The translations under genes and the position numbers were made by a program. From the NCBI RefSeq assembly GCF_006345805.1, contig NC_042999.1, positions 132,556,001 to 132,620,000 of the forward strand: a stretch of DNA of 64,000 nt, written 5' to 3'. Below are positions 1 to 11,707 of the stretch, one piece after another. The DNA comes from Octopus sinensis. Lineage: Eukaryota. Each line of letters begins with the position of its first letter. The stretch's first letter is position 1. The notes beneath the pieces are model-generated. The model saw only the letters and a program-made list of their open reading frames with translations. It searched no databases and was not told the origin of the DNA.

Positions 1-94
1 GCATGCGTGCATACATACATATGTAGACATTTATATATGTACAGATCTATATTTAAGAGATGAGAAATTATGTGCATTATTTACATTATTTTTG

Positions 95-250
95 AAAACA
101 TTATTTACATTAAACGGATGTCCTCATCTTGTTTGTTGTTAACAACATTTTGGCTGATATACCTTCCAGCCTTCTACTGGTGTCCTGGGGAAATTTCGAA
201 CCTAGGTTCTCATTCCAAAGGTATTTTTCGATGTTATTGTTGTTGTTGTT

Positions 251-281
<31 letters not shown>

Positions 282-422
282 TCAGGTCACTGCTTGGAAT
301 CGATCTCAGAATCTTGGGGTTAGTAGCCCACGCATTTAACCTCTACGCCATATGCCCGTGGGCAATTATGGAGTGAATTTTAGGACTTATAAATCTAATA
401 TTTTTCTATCCTTCCTTAATAC
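95..422 (-). repeat. Inverted pseudo-LTR of the PLE; partner copy at 1228-1370 plus 1756-1915 on +
   Basis: The reverse complement aligns with the end of the ORF, the tRNA-like segment, the (AAT)n run and the hammerhead-like segment of the downstream copy. Inverted 5' pLTRs are typical of PLEs. Confidence 0.85.
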
Positions 423-1262
423 TCTGGCCCCCTCCAGGAAGATGTCCAAGTGCTGTTAGATCATGTGAACTCAATATAGCCATCCATACAGTTTGCAATG
501 GAAAAGGAAAAAGACACTCACCTGGCATTCCTGGACGTATTAATAACACGCACCAAGTATGGATTCAGGACATCCGTATACCGCAAGCCGACCTTTACTG
601 ACGATACCTCAACTTCAATTCTTACAGTGTAAAGAGAGGGATTTCTCAGTGCCTAAAACATCGTCCATAGAATATGAGTAGCGATCATGATACACATCAC
701 GAAGAAATGATCAAGCTCAGTAACGATCTGTTAAGCAACAACTACCCCAATTACGAAGAAGAGAGAAGATGAGGCCAATAAACTGTCCACAGTCTATCTA
801 CCCTATGTGAAAGGCCTCTCCGAAAAGATACAAAAGATATGCGGCCCATATGACATCAGGACAGTATTTAAGAGTAAATACAACACTTCGCAAATATCAC
901 CTTCGTGTAAAACCACCAATAGAAGAGAATATGACCAAAGACTGCGTGCAGCTGTGGTAGGTTATACAAAGGCGAAACATGCCGCCCCCTCAAAATAAGG
1001 GTCGACGAACATCGCAAAGCTGTGGCACGAGGAGATATTGATAAATCGGTTATAGCTGATCATGTATGGAAAAATAGAGACCACCTCCCCCTGTGGGATG
1101 AAGTTAAAATAATAGACAGAGAACACCACTGGAAAATACGAAAACTAAAAGAAGCAGCACATATGCTAGGACACAACAACCTCCTAAGCAGACTGAGTAC
1201 AGATATGAGCAGCATATGGGAACCGGTATTAAGGAAGGATAGAAATATATTAAATTTATAAG
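423..1262 (+). mobile_element. Penelope-like retroelement relic (RT C-terminus plus GIY-YIG endonuclease), disrupted by stops and frameshifts
   Basis: Translates across frameshifts to DHVNSI*PSIQFAMEKEKDTHLAFLDVLITR..TSVYRKPT, LPYVKGLSEKIQKI, CSCGRLYKGETCRPLKIRVDEH, KSVIADHVW, RKLKEAAHM. These are PLE RT-thumb and GIY-YIG motifs. Confidence 0.9.
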
Positions 1263-1276
1263 CCCTAAAATTCACT

Positions 1277-1352
1277 CCACGGGCATATGGCGTAGTGGTT
1301 AAGGGCGCGGACTACTAACCCCAAGATTCCGAGTTCGATTCCAAGCAGTTAC
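1277..1352 (+). promoter_or_regulatory. tRNA-derived Pol III promoter-like segment inside the PLE pLTR (not a functional tRNA)
   Basis: A box TGGCGTAGTGG and B box AGTTCGATTCC with tRNA spacing; stems are imperfect. An antisense copy lies at about 277-362. Confidence 0.7.
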
Positions 1353-1370
1353 CTAAATAATAATAGTAAT

Positions 1371-1755
1371 TACAGAGATGTACTTGCATAGCGAGTGACT
1401 TGATCTGAGATCGTGTGCTGGAACGAAAACAATTGCAGCGTGGAAGGTGTTTATAAGCCATTTAAGAAACACGTTAGATTCACTTCAACATTTAAATTTA
1501 ATTTGTCAAAATATTTTCGTCGCTTTGAGACCGCAACCTGTTCACTGACAAAACTTCATGCTGCACGAAGCTTTGTCAGTGAACAGGTCGCGGTCTCAAA
1601 GCGACGAAAATATTTTGACAGCACGAAGCTTTGTCAGTGAACAGGTAGCGGTCTGAAAGCGACGAAAATATTTTGACAAATTAAATTTACCTGTTGAAGT
1701 GAATCTAACGGTTTTGTGTGTTTCTTAAATGGCTTATAAACACCTTCCACGCTGC
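1371..1755. mobile_element. Foldback insertion carrying three hammerhead-like motifs, nested in the pLTR
   Basis: Long inverted arms (about 1431-1560 vs 1620-1758), an internal 58-bp tandem duplication, and a 12-bp direct repeat AATAATAGTAAT at 1359-1370 and 1756-1767 (likely TSD). Confidence 0.8.
1572..1680 (+). ncRNA. Tandem pair of minimal type I hammerhead-like motifs with a G3-C8 core swap; antisense copy at 1502-1552
   Basis: TTTGTCA-GTGAACA-G-GTCGC-loop-GCGAC-GAAA-ATAT-TT-TGACA: stem I, stem II, GAAA and a palindromic stem III (AAUAUU) are all in register. Confidence 0.6.
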
Positions 1756-1822
1756 AATAATAGTAATAATAACATCGAAAAATACCTTAGGAATGAGAAC
1801 CCAGGCTCGAAATTTCCCCAAG

Positions 1823-1868
1823 ACACCTGAAGAAGGCTGGAGGGTATATTAGCCGAAATGCTGTGTTA
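1823..1868 (+). ncRNA. Degenerate minimal hammerhead motif of the PLE pLTR
   Basis: GACAC-CTGAAGA-A-GGCT..AGCC-GAAA-TGCT-GTGTT. The stem III/cleavage triplet has decayed from a presumed GAAACGTT. The antisense copy at about 143-186 is more decayed. Confidence 0.6.
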
Positions 1869-2664
1869 ACAAGAAACAAGATGAGGACAAATATCCGTCG
1901 AATATAAATAATATATTTCTTTTATATCAACCTGCCTGACTTGCTTATCCTTACATTTACACACGCACGCACACACACACACACACACACACAGCAAAAA
2001 AAAAGAAAAAAGTAGACTGAATCGACTGAAAATTCTTGCATGCGGTGTCCCAACACGGCTGCAGCCGAATTACTGAAACAACTAAATGAAACCAGCATAT
2101 GAATTCAAACACTACGGCTTTAATTAACTTAGAAATAATGATTTCAAGTACTTAACATCGAGTAAATCAATAGGCCACTAAATCAATAGGTGTCGAAAAT
2201 GGGGTAACGTAGTAAAGTTTTATCAAAGGGAAATATAAACGTAAATGTATAACTTGTCTCCGCTCACAAAAGAAGAAATGTAGATATATCGTATAAAGGT
2301 AGATAACTTTCCTCAGTTTGTCATTCTGATTGACGAACAAAAGTTATTTCCCTTGAAAAGTTTATCGTTACATCGTATAAGATAATAGGAAAAAATGCGA
2401 AAACAAGAGAACATCCCCAGTTGATACTTGTATATAATGTTAATATATATATTTGCGTATACAGTTTAAAGTTTATGCATGGATTGGGAAGCTATATATA
2501 CAAATGTATATGTTTGCTTATAACCTTATTTTCTTTCCATTCTAAACATACTGTTATTTTAGTGCCTTCTGGCGGTTGAATTGAGACTTTCGCTCTCATT
2601 TCTAAATAGGTTGATGCTTACTGCTTCCTTAAGGCTTGGTGCCAATTTTATATTTTATAGCTTA

Positions 2665-3178
2665 CTAGCAGTATCGCCCGGCGTTGCTCGGATTTGTAAG
2701 GGAAATAACTATATAAGCATTTTTAGAGAGTTACTTCCCTTATAGATGCCAATTTGGGCTTTCTTAGCCATTTCTGTTTTGGTGTCTTCAAGCCATGAAG
2801 TCGTTGTTCTAAAAGAACGCTGGTCTCCTTGACAACGCTTTACGACGTTAATTTCCTTACACTCCCTTCCCCACAGCTTCACGAGGGAGGGAAGAAGGGG
2901 GAAAAGCAACACAGGTGCAGGTGTGACCATGGACGCCAACTCCGCCGCCATCGACACACGAAAAATTATGCATTAAAATGGAATAAAAAATGATGTTAAA
3001 TTATTTTTAAAATCGTAGACTCATCGTAGACGCGCGCTAATAATCAGACAGGCTCGATATTAATCACGACTATAAGATACCCGAATTTGGTTAAACTGCA
3101 CCGCAAAATGTGGGAGTAGTTAGGAATCTAAATCGAAGGGGACAGACACTCACACAACTACAGTTTTATATATATAGA
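2665..3178 (-). mobile_element. Non-autonomous Helitron (family B)
   Basis: The minus strand starts TCTATATATATAAAA and ends GCAACGCCGGGCGATACTGCTAG. It is homologous along its length to 31409-31914. Confidence 0.85.
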
Positions 3179-3307
3179 TAATGCTATTGAACCTGTGAAC
3201 TGCCTATGTTACCGCTGTTAATATTATCAATTAAAAATGTTTGCCATAGATGGCATTAACAATAGTAACGTCTTATTTCGAATGTAAACATTCGAATGTG
3301 TTATGGA

Positions 3308-3451
3308 CAAGTATCTTCTACTATAGCCTTGTGAGTGGATTTGGTAGTCGGAAACTGAAAGAAGCCCGACGTATATATATATATATGTACGAAGGGCTTC
3401 TTTCAGTTTCCGACTACCAAATGCATATATATGTATATGTATGTGTATGTA

Positions 3452-3492
<41 letters not shown>

Positions 3493-3990
3493 TATCTATG
3501 TGTCTGTGTATGTTTGTGTCTGATTTTGTCCCCCTACATCGCTTGACAACTGGTGTTGGTGTGCTTAAGTCCCTGTACCTTAGCCGCTCGGCAAAAGACC
3601 GATGGAATAAGTGTTAGGCTTCAAAAAATGATAAGGCTTAAGGTCGATGTGTTCGATCAAACCTCTTCAAGGCGATGCCCTAGCATGGCCGCATTCAGAA
3701 GACTGAAACAGATAATACACACACACACACACACAACACACACACATATATATATATATATATATTACTTGTTTCAATCTCATTAGACTCCGACCATGCT
3801 GGGGCATGCCTTGAAGAAATTTTTTAGTCGAATGAATCGACCCCAGTATTAAATTCTTTGTTCTAAGCCTGGTACTTATTCTATCGATATCTTTTGCCGA
3901 ACTATTAAGTTTCGGTGACTTAAACAAACCAATACCAGTTGTCATGTGATGGCTGGGGACAAAAAATAAAAACACACCACACACCCACAC
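3308..3990. mobile_element. Two tRNA-derived SINE family B pieces, tail to tail (3308-3712 +, 3765-3990 -)
   Basis: Both match the body and tail of the full copies at 25937-26349 and 29312-29724. Confidence 0.8.
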
Positions 3991-4077
3991 ATATAAATAG
4001 ACATACATACATAATACACACACACATACATACGTACGTACGTACGTACGTACATACATACATACATACATACATAC

Positions 4078-4800
4078 AGCTCCTCAACAAAGTTGTCCTT
4101 AAAGAAGCCAAGGACCATCGCTGTAATCTCTTAAATATGGCTAGATTGCTGTCTGTCTCTCACTTATGGATGGTAGAATCAGTACACCTTGCCAAAGAAC
4201 CAGCGGCTATAGTGAATGCCACTGAAAGTCTGACCACAACATGGTCCACACAGTTATCACTGACAACCACTAAAGCAATACCTGTTGTAACAAACAGAGT
4301 TAAGCGAACAACAGGCATATTCTTAAGATGATAGACAGTTTGTCCGTTATGTTTTTGAACTGGCAGTGAACCGCTTTGTCAGCCCCGTTAACTAACACAT
4401 CTAAAATGCTTAGATGTGCTGAAAAGAATAGGATTAATATCAGCCACACACTTTTTGTTGATGACCTAAAGTTATGTCCTGGAAATATAATCAATATAAA
4501 GAAACAATTTGAACTAGTCACAACATTCTCACGAGTCATAGTATGGAGTTTTGAAAAGATAAATGCTCATACATGGTAGCCAACCGAAGAAAGATTGTCG
4601 ATCCGATAGAGAACATGTACATCAATGGCTTGTCTATCTCTAATGATGAAAGCTTAAAGTACCTCGGAACCAATGAGAATGTTGCATACGTTGGTGCTGT
4701 GACTAAGTCAGAATAACAAAAGAGTACTTCTGTAGATTCTGGAACATATGAAATTCAAAGCAGTCTGTATTTAAGAAGACCGTACCTCACAATACTTTTG
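4078..4800 (+). mobile_element. Degenerate RT fragment of an RLE-type non-LTR retrotransposon (R4/Dong-like)
   Basis: LNKVVLKEAKDHRCNL, VKRTTGIFLR*DSLS (GIFQGDSLS motif), ISHTLFVDDLKL, SLKYLG. Confidence 0.75.
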
Positions 4801-5199
4801 CTGTACCTGAGCTAGTACCAGCTACATGTACATGTTCTCTATCGGATCTTCAGCTGCACAAAGACATAGAATTTAATTAAATTAGAACAGGACACATTAG
4901 TATGATTATACCTAAAATCTCCAAGAAGTTAAGGAGATAGACAAAGAACATGTTGTCTCTACTTCGGCATAGAACTACTAAAAATTATCAAGAAGACTCT
5001 GCCTGCCACTGATTTTTTTTGTCTTTATGGGGTCTTTATAGACTAGTTTATCAAATCCCTTGTGTATCTAAGGCTGAGAGAACAGAGGGCAGGGGTGAGG
5101 GATTAGACAGACATTCTAGTTGGTATAGTCATAAAAATAATCAAAGTTTAATATGAGCAATATCAAGATGTTTAGTAACGGAAATAAAGTGCCTTGCTC

Positions 5200-5285
5200 A
5201 TGGATACAACGCATCGCCGAGAATTGAACTCACGACTTCATGATCGTGAGCCAAATATCCTACCCAGTAAGCCACGCGCCTTCAC
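5200..5285 (-). mobile_element. tRNA-like SINE head fragment (third family); related heads at 47845-48145 and 54640-54740, both -
   Basis: The minus strand shows A-box-like TGGCTTACTGG and B-box-like GAGTTCAATTC followed by a GCGTTGT.TCC motif. Confidence 0.55.
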
Positions 5286-5579
5286 TGTATACTTTATAGT
5301 AAAAAAAATAACATTATTATGGGATTCGCTAAAAGGTTGTAGAAACGTTAGGATACCGGGCAAAATGCTTAGTGACATTTCGCCTATCTTTACATTCTGA
5401 GTTCAAATTCCACTGCCGTCGACTTTGCCTCGCGTCCTTTTATTTATTTTAGAGAAATTGAAGCATATCTTTGACAATTCCGGAGCGTATTGAACTTACT
5501 CGATGCGCGACTTTTGCATCTCCCCCATATATATATATATATATGCAAGTATTCATGTAGACACACGAGCACAAAGAAA

Positions 5580-5645
<66 letters not shown>

Positions 5646-5749
5646 GAGAAATAAGTACCAGTTGAGCACAGGAATCGATTTTCTCCCACCTCCCAAATTG
5701 CAGTCCTAGCAAGATTTTAAACCAATAACATTATTATGAGATTAGCTAA

Positions 5750-5965
5750 AAAGCGGTGAGCTAGCTGGCATAATCGTTAACACGCCGGACAAAATCCTTA
5801 GTAGCAATTCGTCCGTCTTTACGCTTTGAGTTCAAATTCCGTGGAGGTCGACTCTGTCTTTCATTCTTTCAGGGTCGATAAACTAAGTACTACTGGAGAC
5901 GATCCTACCGTTTCGTCTCCTCCCACGAAATTTCAGGTCTTTTTGCCTATCGAAGATAGGATTTT
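5750..5965 (+). mobile_element. tRNA-derived SINE family A (short-tail form); also 12174-12391, 20913-21112, 21220-21440 and a partial copy at 5335-5440
   Basis: GGCGGTGAGCTGGC head, B box GAGTTCAAATTCC, GGGTCGATAAAATAAGTAC body and a CAAATTTCAGGCCTT..GAAAGGATT tail, repeated across copies. Confidence 0.85.
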
Positions 5966-6249
5966 TATCAGATTAGGTGAAGCAATTCTCAATAGTTACT
6001 CTTGGTATACAGTTGTTCTATGTGGGCTGGACTGATCGACTTAAACACACACTTGGTAGGGGAAACATTAATCATAGCAGTAAAAAACTACGCATAGGTT
6101 CCCATGTCACAGACTTCAGAAAGCTAACAGCGCAGACAAAAAGAGTAGTGTCCCCTGGACCTGAGATAGCTGATCTCAAATTTGGATGCGAAGGGGACTT
6201 CGATAGATGAGTTAAAGAGAATATTCCTCCAAGATACATGCATACGTAT

Positions 6250-6422
6250 CTTTTATCGTTTACTTGTTTCAGTCATATGATTGCGGCCATGCTGGGGCAC
6301 CGCCACGAAGGGGTTTAGTTAAAGAAATCGACCCTAGGAGATATTTTTAAAGTCTAGTACTTATTCTATAGGTGTCTTTTGCCGAACCGCTATGTTGTGA
6401 AGCAATGGTGGGGGACAATACA
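6250..6422 (-). mobile_element. SINE family B 3' half
   Basis: TACTTGTTTCAGTCATATGATTGCGGCCATGCTGGGGCACCGCC matches the family B tail. Confidence 0.8.
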
Positions 6423-7558
6423 CGCACACACACACACACACACACACAAAACATTAAGTATATGATTTAACTTATAAAACAAAGTTCAACAAATTCAATC
6501 ATATTTTTCGTAAGTAGAGGAGATTAGATGCTAATATGGATTGAAATTATCTTTATTCGTGTAGCTATGCGATCGTGTCATACAGAAAGACAATAAATTC
6601 ATTTTAGGAATTTGGGTTGTCAAAAAGTATTCGTCAGTAGCAAAATTTAAGGAAGGAAAACAAAAAGAGAACAGCTAAAAAGGCATTAGAATTACATAGG
6701 TATGGTGTTCGTAATGTGTAATTTTTCTTAGAGTCATATCTATTTAAAACAAGACTGAAAGGTCTCAGTTGGGTGTTGATATATATAAAAAATTAATAAG
6801 GGTTTCATTGTCGCTATAGATTAGTCTAAAGGAGCTAATTCTAAACTTCCATATATGAGTAAAAAATCGGGTGAGGTTGTATTTAACGGAAAAAGGCTAA
6901 CCAAATAAGGGAGTAAGGAATTTTAAATACTGGGGACTAAAATTTATATTTAACTATCAATAATCAATACGGCTTAGATATTAGTTTGACGAAAATGTTT
7001 AATAGGTATTATAAATAGTTTGTGGTATATAAACTACAAACTTTATAATAAAAATGTTTTAAGTAAATAATATGTCTAATTTTTATTGAAGATAAGTGTA
7101 GTTAAACTTGTAGAAGGATATTTTATAAGGTATATACTAAATGATAGTTAATAAAATAAATATAAAGTTTGTTTTTAAATAATAAATTAAAACATGAAGA
7201 TGAGGGGCTATTTACTTTATCCGTTGCTAAAATCTATGAATGATCGACAGAGCGGTATAGAAAAGCATTATGAATAATCTAAGAGAGAAGGAAAAATTCA
7301 GAATTATGAAATATGTAGGGGAGATAACCCTTAAAGGGAAAGAATATGTGTGTGTGTATACATAGGTGTGTGTGTATGTGTGTGTGCGCGCGCAGGGATG
7401 TGTGTGTCCTTGCGCCCTGCAACCGCTTCACAACGGGGAATGGTGTGTTCACGTTCCTGTAACCTACCTGTTCGGCAAACAGATCTACAAAATAAGTTAT
7501 GACACAACAGGTAAAAGATGTGTGTATATTATATATATATAATATATATTATATATTA

Positions 7559-7605
<47 letters not shown>

Positions 7606-7911
7606 TATATTTATATACATCCAGGATCTTGAATTAGCCAATAATTTTTTTGCTAGTTTATTTTTTCTCTTTGTCTTCTCTCCTAGTGCTGTGTGAACAT
7701 TTAATGTGTTTAGAGTCAAGTTTTGGCTGATATATCTAGCTGGTGGTATCCCTCAGATACCCTTAATTATGATTTTAATATATATATATTATATATATGT
7801 TATATATATTATATATATATATATATTATATATATTATATATATAATATATATATATATATATTATGTGTGTGTATATATACATATACATACTACATACA
7901 TACATACATAC

Positions 7912-7945
<34 letters not shown>

Positions 7946-8208
7946 ATTATATATATATTATATATATATATCTTTGTATACATGGTAATCCTAGTTGCTA
8001 CCATGAACAACAAAGCAACCTTTTTCACCTTATCGAACTTCGATATGGGAAATTTACAACCGTCATAAAACGACTATGTTCCGGAAAGTATTTTTTTTTA
8101 ATACTTTTTACGGTCTGCTCGAAGCTTACTAACTTCCTACAGCCTGATCTATAGATCTTACCCCCCTCTCTCTAGACACAGACAGGTATATGGCTGTATA
8201 TATATATA

Positions 8209-8400
8209 TCTATTTATAAAACTGAAAAAAAGTTTGTTTGACTCGACCACTTGGATCGCTTTCAAGGTCACTACATCCCGTCGGATTGACTCCAAAATTT
8301 ACAGGGACATGTAAAATGAGGTGACGATGCTCGTGGGCTACGTTAGAAATCCCTATCTTAAAAGGTGTCGTTGCTAGGGCCAAAAATCCACTTTGACAAG
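8209..8400 (+). mobile_element. Possible Helitron-like 5' end
   Basis: TCTATTTATAAAACTGAAAAAAGTTTGTTTG resembles the 5' ends of the other Helitrons here. No 3' end was found. Confidence 0.35.
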
Positions 8401-10134
8401 TCCACTCCCATTCTTTAATCTTCCTCACTCACTCACGCTATTTCCTCCCTTCCCAGCACTTTTTCACTCACTCTATTTCCTACTTCCCATCACTTTCACT
8501 TCGTCAAACGGCGTTCTAGATCTCGCTGTCTGCATTCATAGAGAGAAATCATCGTCACCACACCACACAATCATGACAACCAATATTATGAATCTCGCCA
8601 TCGCTTCTATTGTCTGCCTGTCAACGCGCCGACGGCAAAATACAACAGCGTTCGTGTTCTGGTGAAAACGTAGGTTTTTTATCTATTTCATTTTTAACAT
8701 TTATTAGAACCCTGCAAATTTTTCGTGCTAAATTTTCATTTTTTACTACTTTATTATTTTTTCTTAAATTGATGCTTTTATTAAAATAATTCTAATTGTC
8801 CTGGTCAACAGTTCGTTTCCTCGGAGGATACGGAAATTACTATTTTACCTGTCAGAGAATAACTCCAGCAGCTCACAACTATTTCAAACAAAGACAAGGT
8901 TCCTGCTTACCAGTCGAATTCAGCATCAACGCTCACGTATGGAGAGACTCCAACACAACACACACACCACCACACACACCACACACACATCTATATATAA
9001 TGTGTGCATTATGTGGTCGGTTGAGCTGAAAATATGCACACCTATGTTAAAAGTGCTGGTAAGTTTGCATGACAACTATTTTTTTCCTCAAATGAAAGGC
9101 GTGACCCTCTAGGACAAATTCCTCATCTTATAAATGTGGCCCCAGTAGACCCGAATGAAATCGGGTTATATTAACCAAATGGGAAAAGGGGTCTAAATGG
9201 GCGGAAGGGGATGTAAAATTTAAAGGGGGCGGGTGTTTGGAATTTCTCTGTTACATCAAGCTAAAAAATTTTGGCGCCAGCCTTTTTAATCGTCAATGTG
9301 TTGCCGTCCATGATGAAGAAGTTTTGAATGCTTGCCATGGTGAGTCTACTGTCGTGAGAAAGAATCACTTCAAAACTTGGTGTTTAGGGATTTTCTTTTA
9401 CATCAAGTTCAAAATTTTACGGCCAGCCGTTAAACTGTCAAACGTTGCTGTCCGTCGTTAAGCCTGGTGACTCTACTATCCTCAGATTCTATCCCTTCAA
9501 ACTTTGGTTTCCATATGTTTTATTTTTTATTCAGCTCGCAAGTTCGTCTGTCCTTTTAAATGTTAGTGTTTTGCTGTCTTCCTTGAAGCAGACCTTTCCG
9601 TTGTTACTGCTGCTATTATGATTGATCTTTCTAAATATCTTATTTTCTCAACTTACTTAAGATCTTTTGTTGTTTATAAATGGGAGAAGATAGATAAAAG
9701 ATAAAGTAAAGAGAAAGCGAGGGAGAGTCCGAGAGAAAGGAAGAGTAAGAGAGTGGGGAAAGTGAGAGAGAAACATTTAAATGGTATGTTTATTTGTTTC
9801 CCTTCCCTTCGAAGTTTTTATTCCTAATAGTAGTTTGGAATTTAACTGTTCTTTTTAGAATGCAAGGAGTCCTATGATGGATGCCTCTTATGTGTTTAAA
9901 TGTACACTGTATTTAAATTAATAATATATAGTCTAACGACTAAATTTTTACATGCAAGGCCACTGGTAGTAGAAATTTCTAATATTTCATATTACCCTAG
10001 ATATTATCAATATATATATATATGAAAGATGGAGTGGGTTGTTGGATCCTCATACGTCGAAACCGACGGAAGAGTCCATCATATATATATATATATGGAC
10101 ACACACACATACGTACACGCACACACACACACAC

Positions 10135-10177
<43 letters not shown>

Positions 10178-10289
10178 TGCATGTATTTGTGTGTTTGTGT
10201 TCTGTGTTCTTGTTGATTGAGTTGTATCCAGGTATAGGCATTTTATCTGGTATTTCTGAAGAGATTTGTCCAGATTCCGTCTAAAGGAA

Positions 10290-10928
10290 ATGGGATCCTT
10301 TTCCTCTTTGATTTATTTCGGGACAATATTAAATAGGGCAATGCCTGTTGAGGTAAAGATATTGTGTTGCAGTGTATTTATGTGATGTGATCCTGAACTG
10401 GGTAGGGGACTATGGGCTGTGGTCCTAGCCTTGGATGAATTTTGAAGGTAATGTTGGGGTTGTTTGGGCAATGCTGGATGTATATATATCGCTTTAAGGC
10501 GGTCCCAATAATCGAGATCGGCCATCCATTTACTTCTTTTACTGAATGACCTCTGGGGTGATTCAACTTTCAAGATGTTTTTTTTTGTATGGGGAAACCA
10601 CAGTGGGGCAGCAGTATTCGAGGTGTGGCCGTATAAAGGAGGAGAAAAGAGGAATGATGACACCTTGTTCTCTGGACCGGAAGGTTCTTAGGATCCAGGA
10701 GCTCATCCCACGAGCTATATCGACCTTATTGTTGATGTTGGCACTCCAGCTGAGACTGTTATGGACGATCACTTCTAGGCCTCTGATATTATTAGATGTT
10801 GTGGGTGGTTCCCATGAAGGAAGAGACTGTAGCTGTTTTAGCATAGTCTTTCTTCCAAAATGCATCAGCTCAAATTTTCCTTCGTTAGTTTATTTTGTTT
10901 TTGTCTGCCCATTTACTCACAGCATGTA
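10290..10928 (-). mobile_element. CR1-group LINE ORF2 C-terminal fragment
   Basis: IRGLEVIVHNSLSW..ARGMSSWILRTFRSRE..RPHLEYCCP..SPY..LES, then PQRSF..DYWDRLK. It is related to the element at 59290-60405. Confidence 0.8.
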
Positions 10929-10964
10929 GATCAGACTGGAGTTCAGTTCAGTCTTCTTCTTCAT

Positions 10965-11180
10965 TGATAATTGTCTCTGCTAAGTTTGCCCCCTATCTGC
11001 TGACCACTGAGCAGAAAGAACATCGTGTCGAAGTCTGTCAAGGTCTCCGTCTATGCATCGCTGATGACCCATCCTTCATGTCGAGGATCACCACCATTGA
11101 CGAGAGTTGGGTGTACGGGTACGACCCTGAGGCGAAGCGGCAGTGGTCACAATGGAGGAGCTCTTCATCTCCGAGTTAGA
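10965..11180 (+). mobile_element. mariner transposase fragment
   Basis: VSAKFAPYLLTTEQKEHRVEVCQ..DPSFMSRITTIDESWVYGYDPE, covering the WVPHEL-like linker and the first catalytic Asp. Confidence 0.85.
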
Positions 11181-11439
11181 TCCTGCTTACAGCATTCTTT
11201 TCTCTGAAGATCCGTCTGGACTGACGGCTCGTGTTGGTCGCCCACATGGTCACGGCAGATGAGCAGAAGTGTCTCACAGAAAAGGAGACTGACGGATCGT
11301 CCGGGAGGATCCGGGAATATACTGATTTATGCTGAATGCATCAAAGCGCTGCAACGGCGCATGCCCTCACACCTGACCTGATCTGATTAGGCTTCCACGT
11401 CAGCAACCACGTGATAATATTTTTCATTGTGGTCAATTT

Positions 11440-11659
11440 ATGTAAGTATTACTGCTTAAATTTTTGTTATCGTTAGGATTCCATGTTAGCAGCCATGCGA
11501 TAAATTTTTATGTATATGTTGCCTGCGTCTGCATTTTGGCATTCTCTTGTGATATGAATATAGTTTCCTTAATCAATCTTCTATTTTTATGAGAAATTTT
11601 ATGGGGTGTGTAAGTATCATCTACTAATGCATTTTGTATCTAACTTTGTTTTGTGTGTG

Positions 11660-11707
<48 letters not shown>

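Noticed and set aside
1277-1352. Functional tRNA gene
   Set aside because: The acceptor, anticodon and T stems pair poorly, and the segment is embedded in a retroelement repeat.
6500-7250. Possible very old L1-like RT relic
   Set aside because: Only a KYWG-like word is visible, which is too little to support a call.
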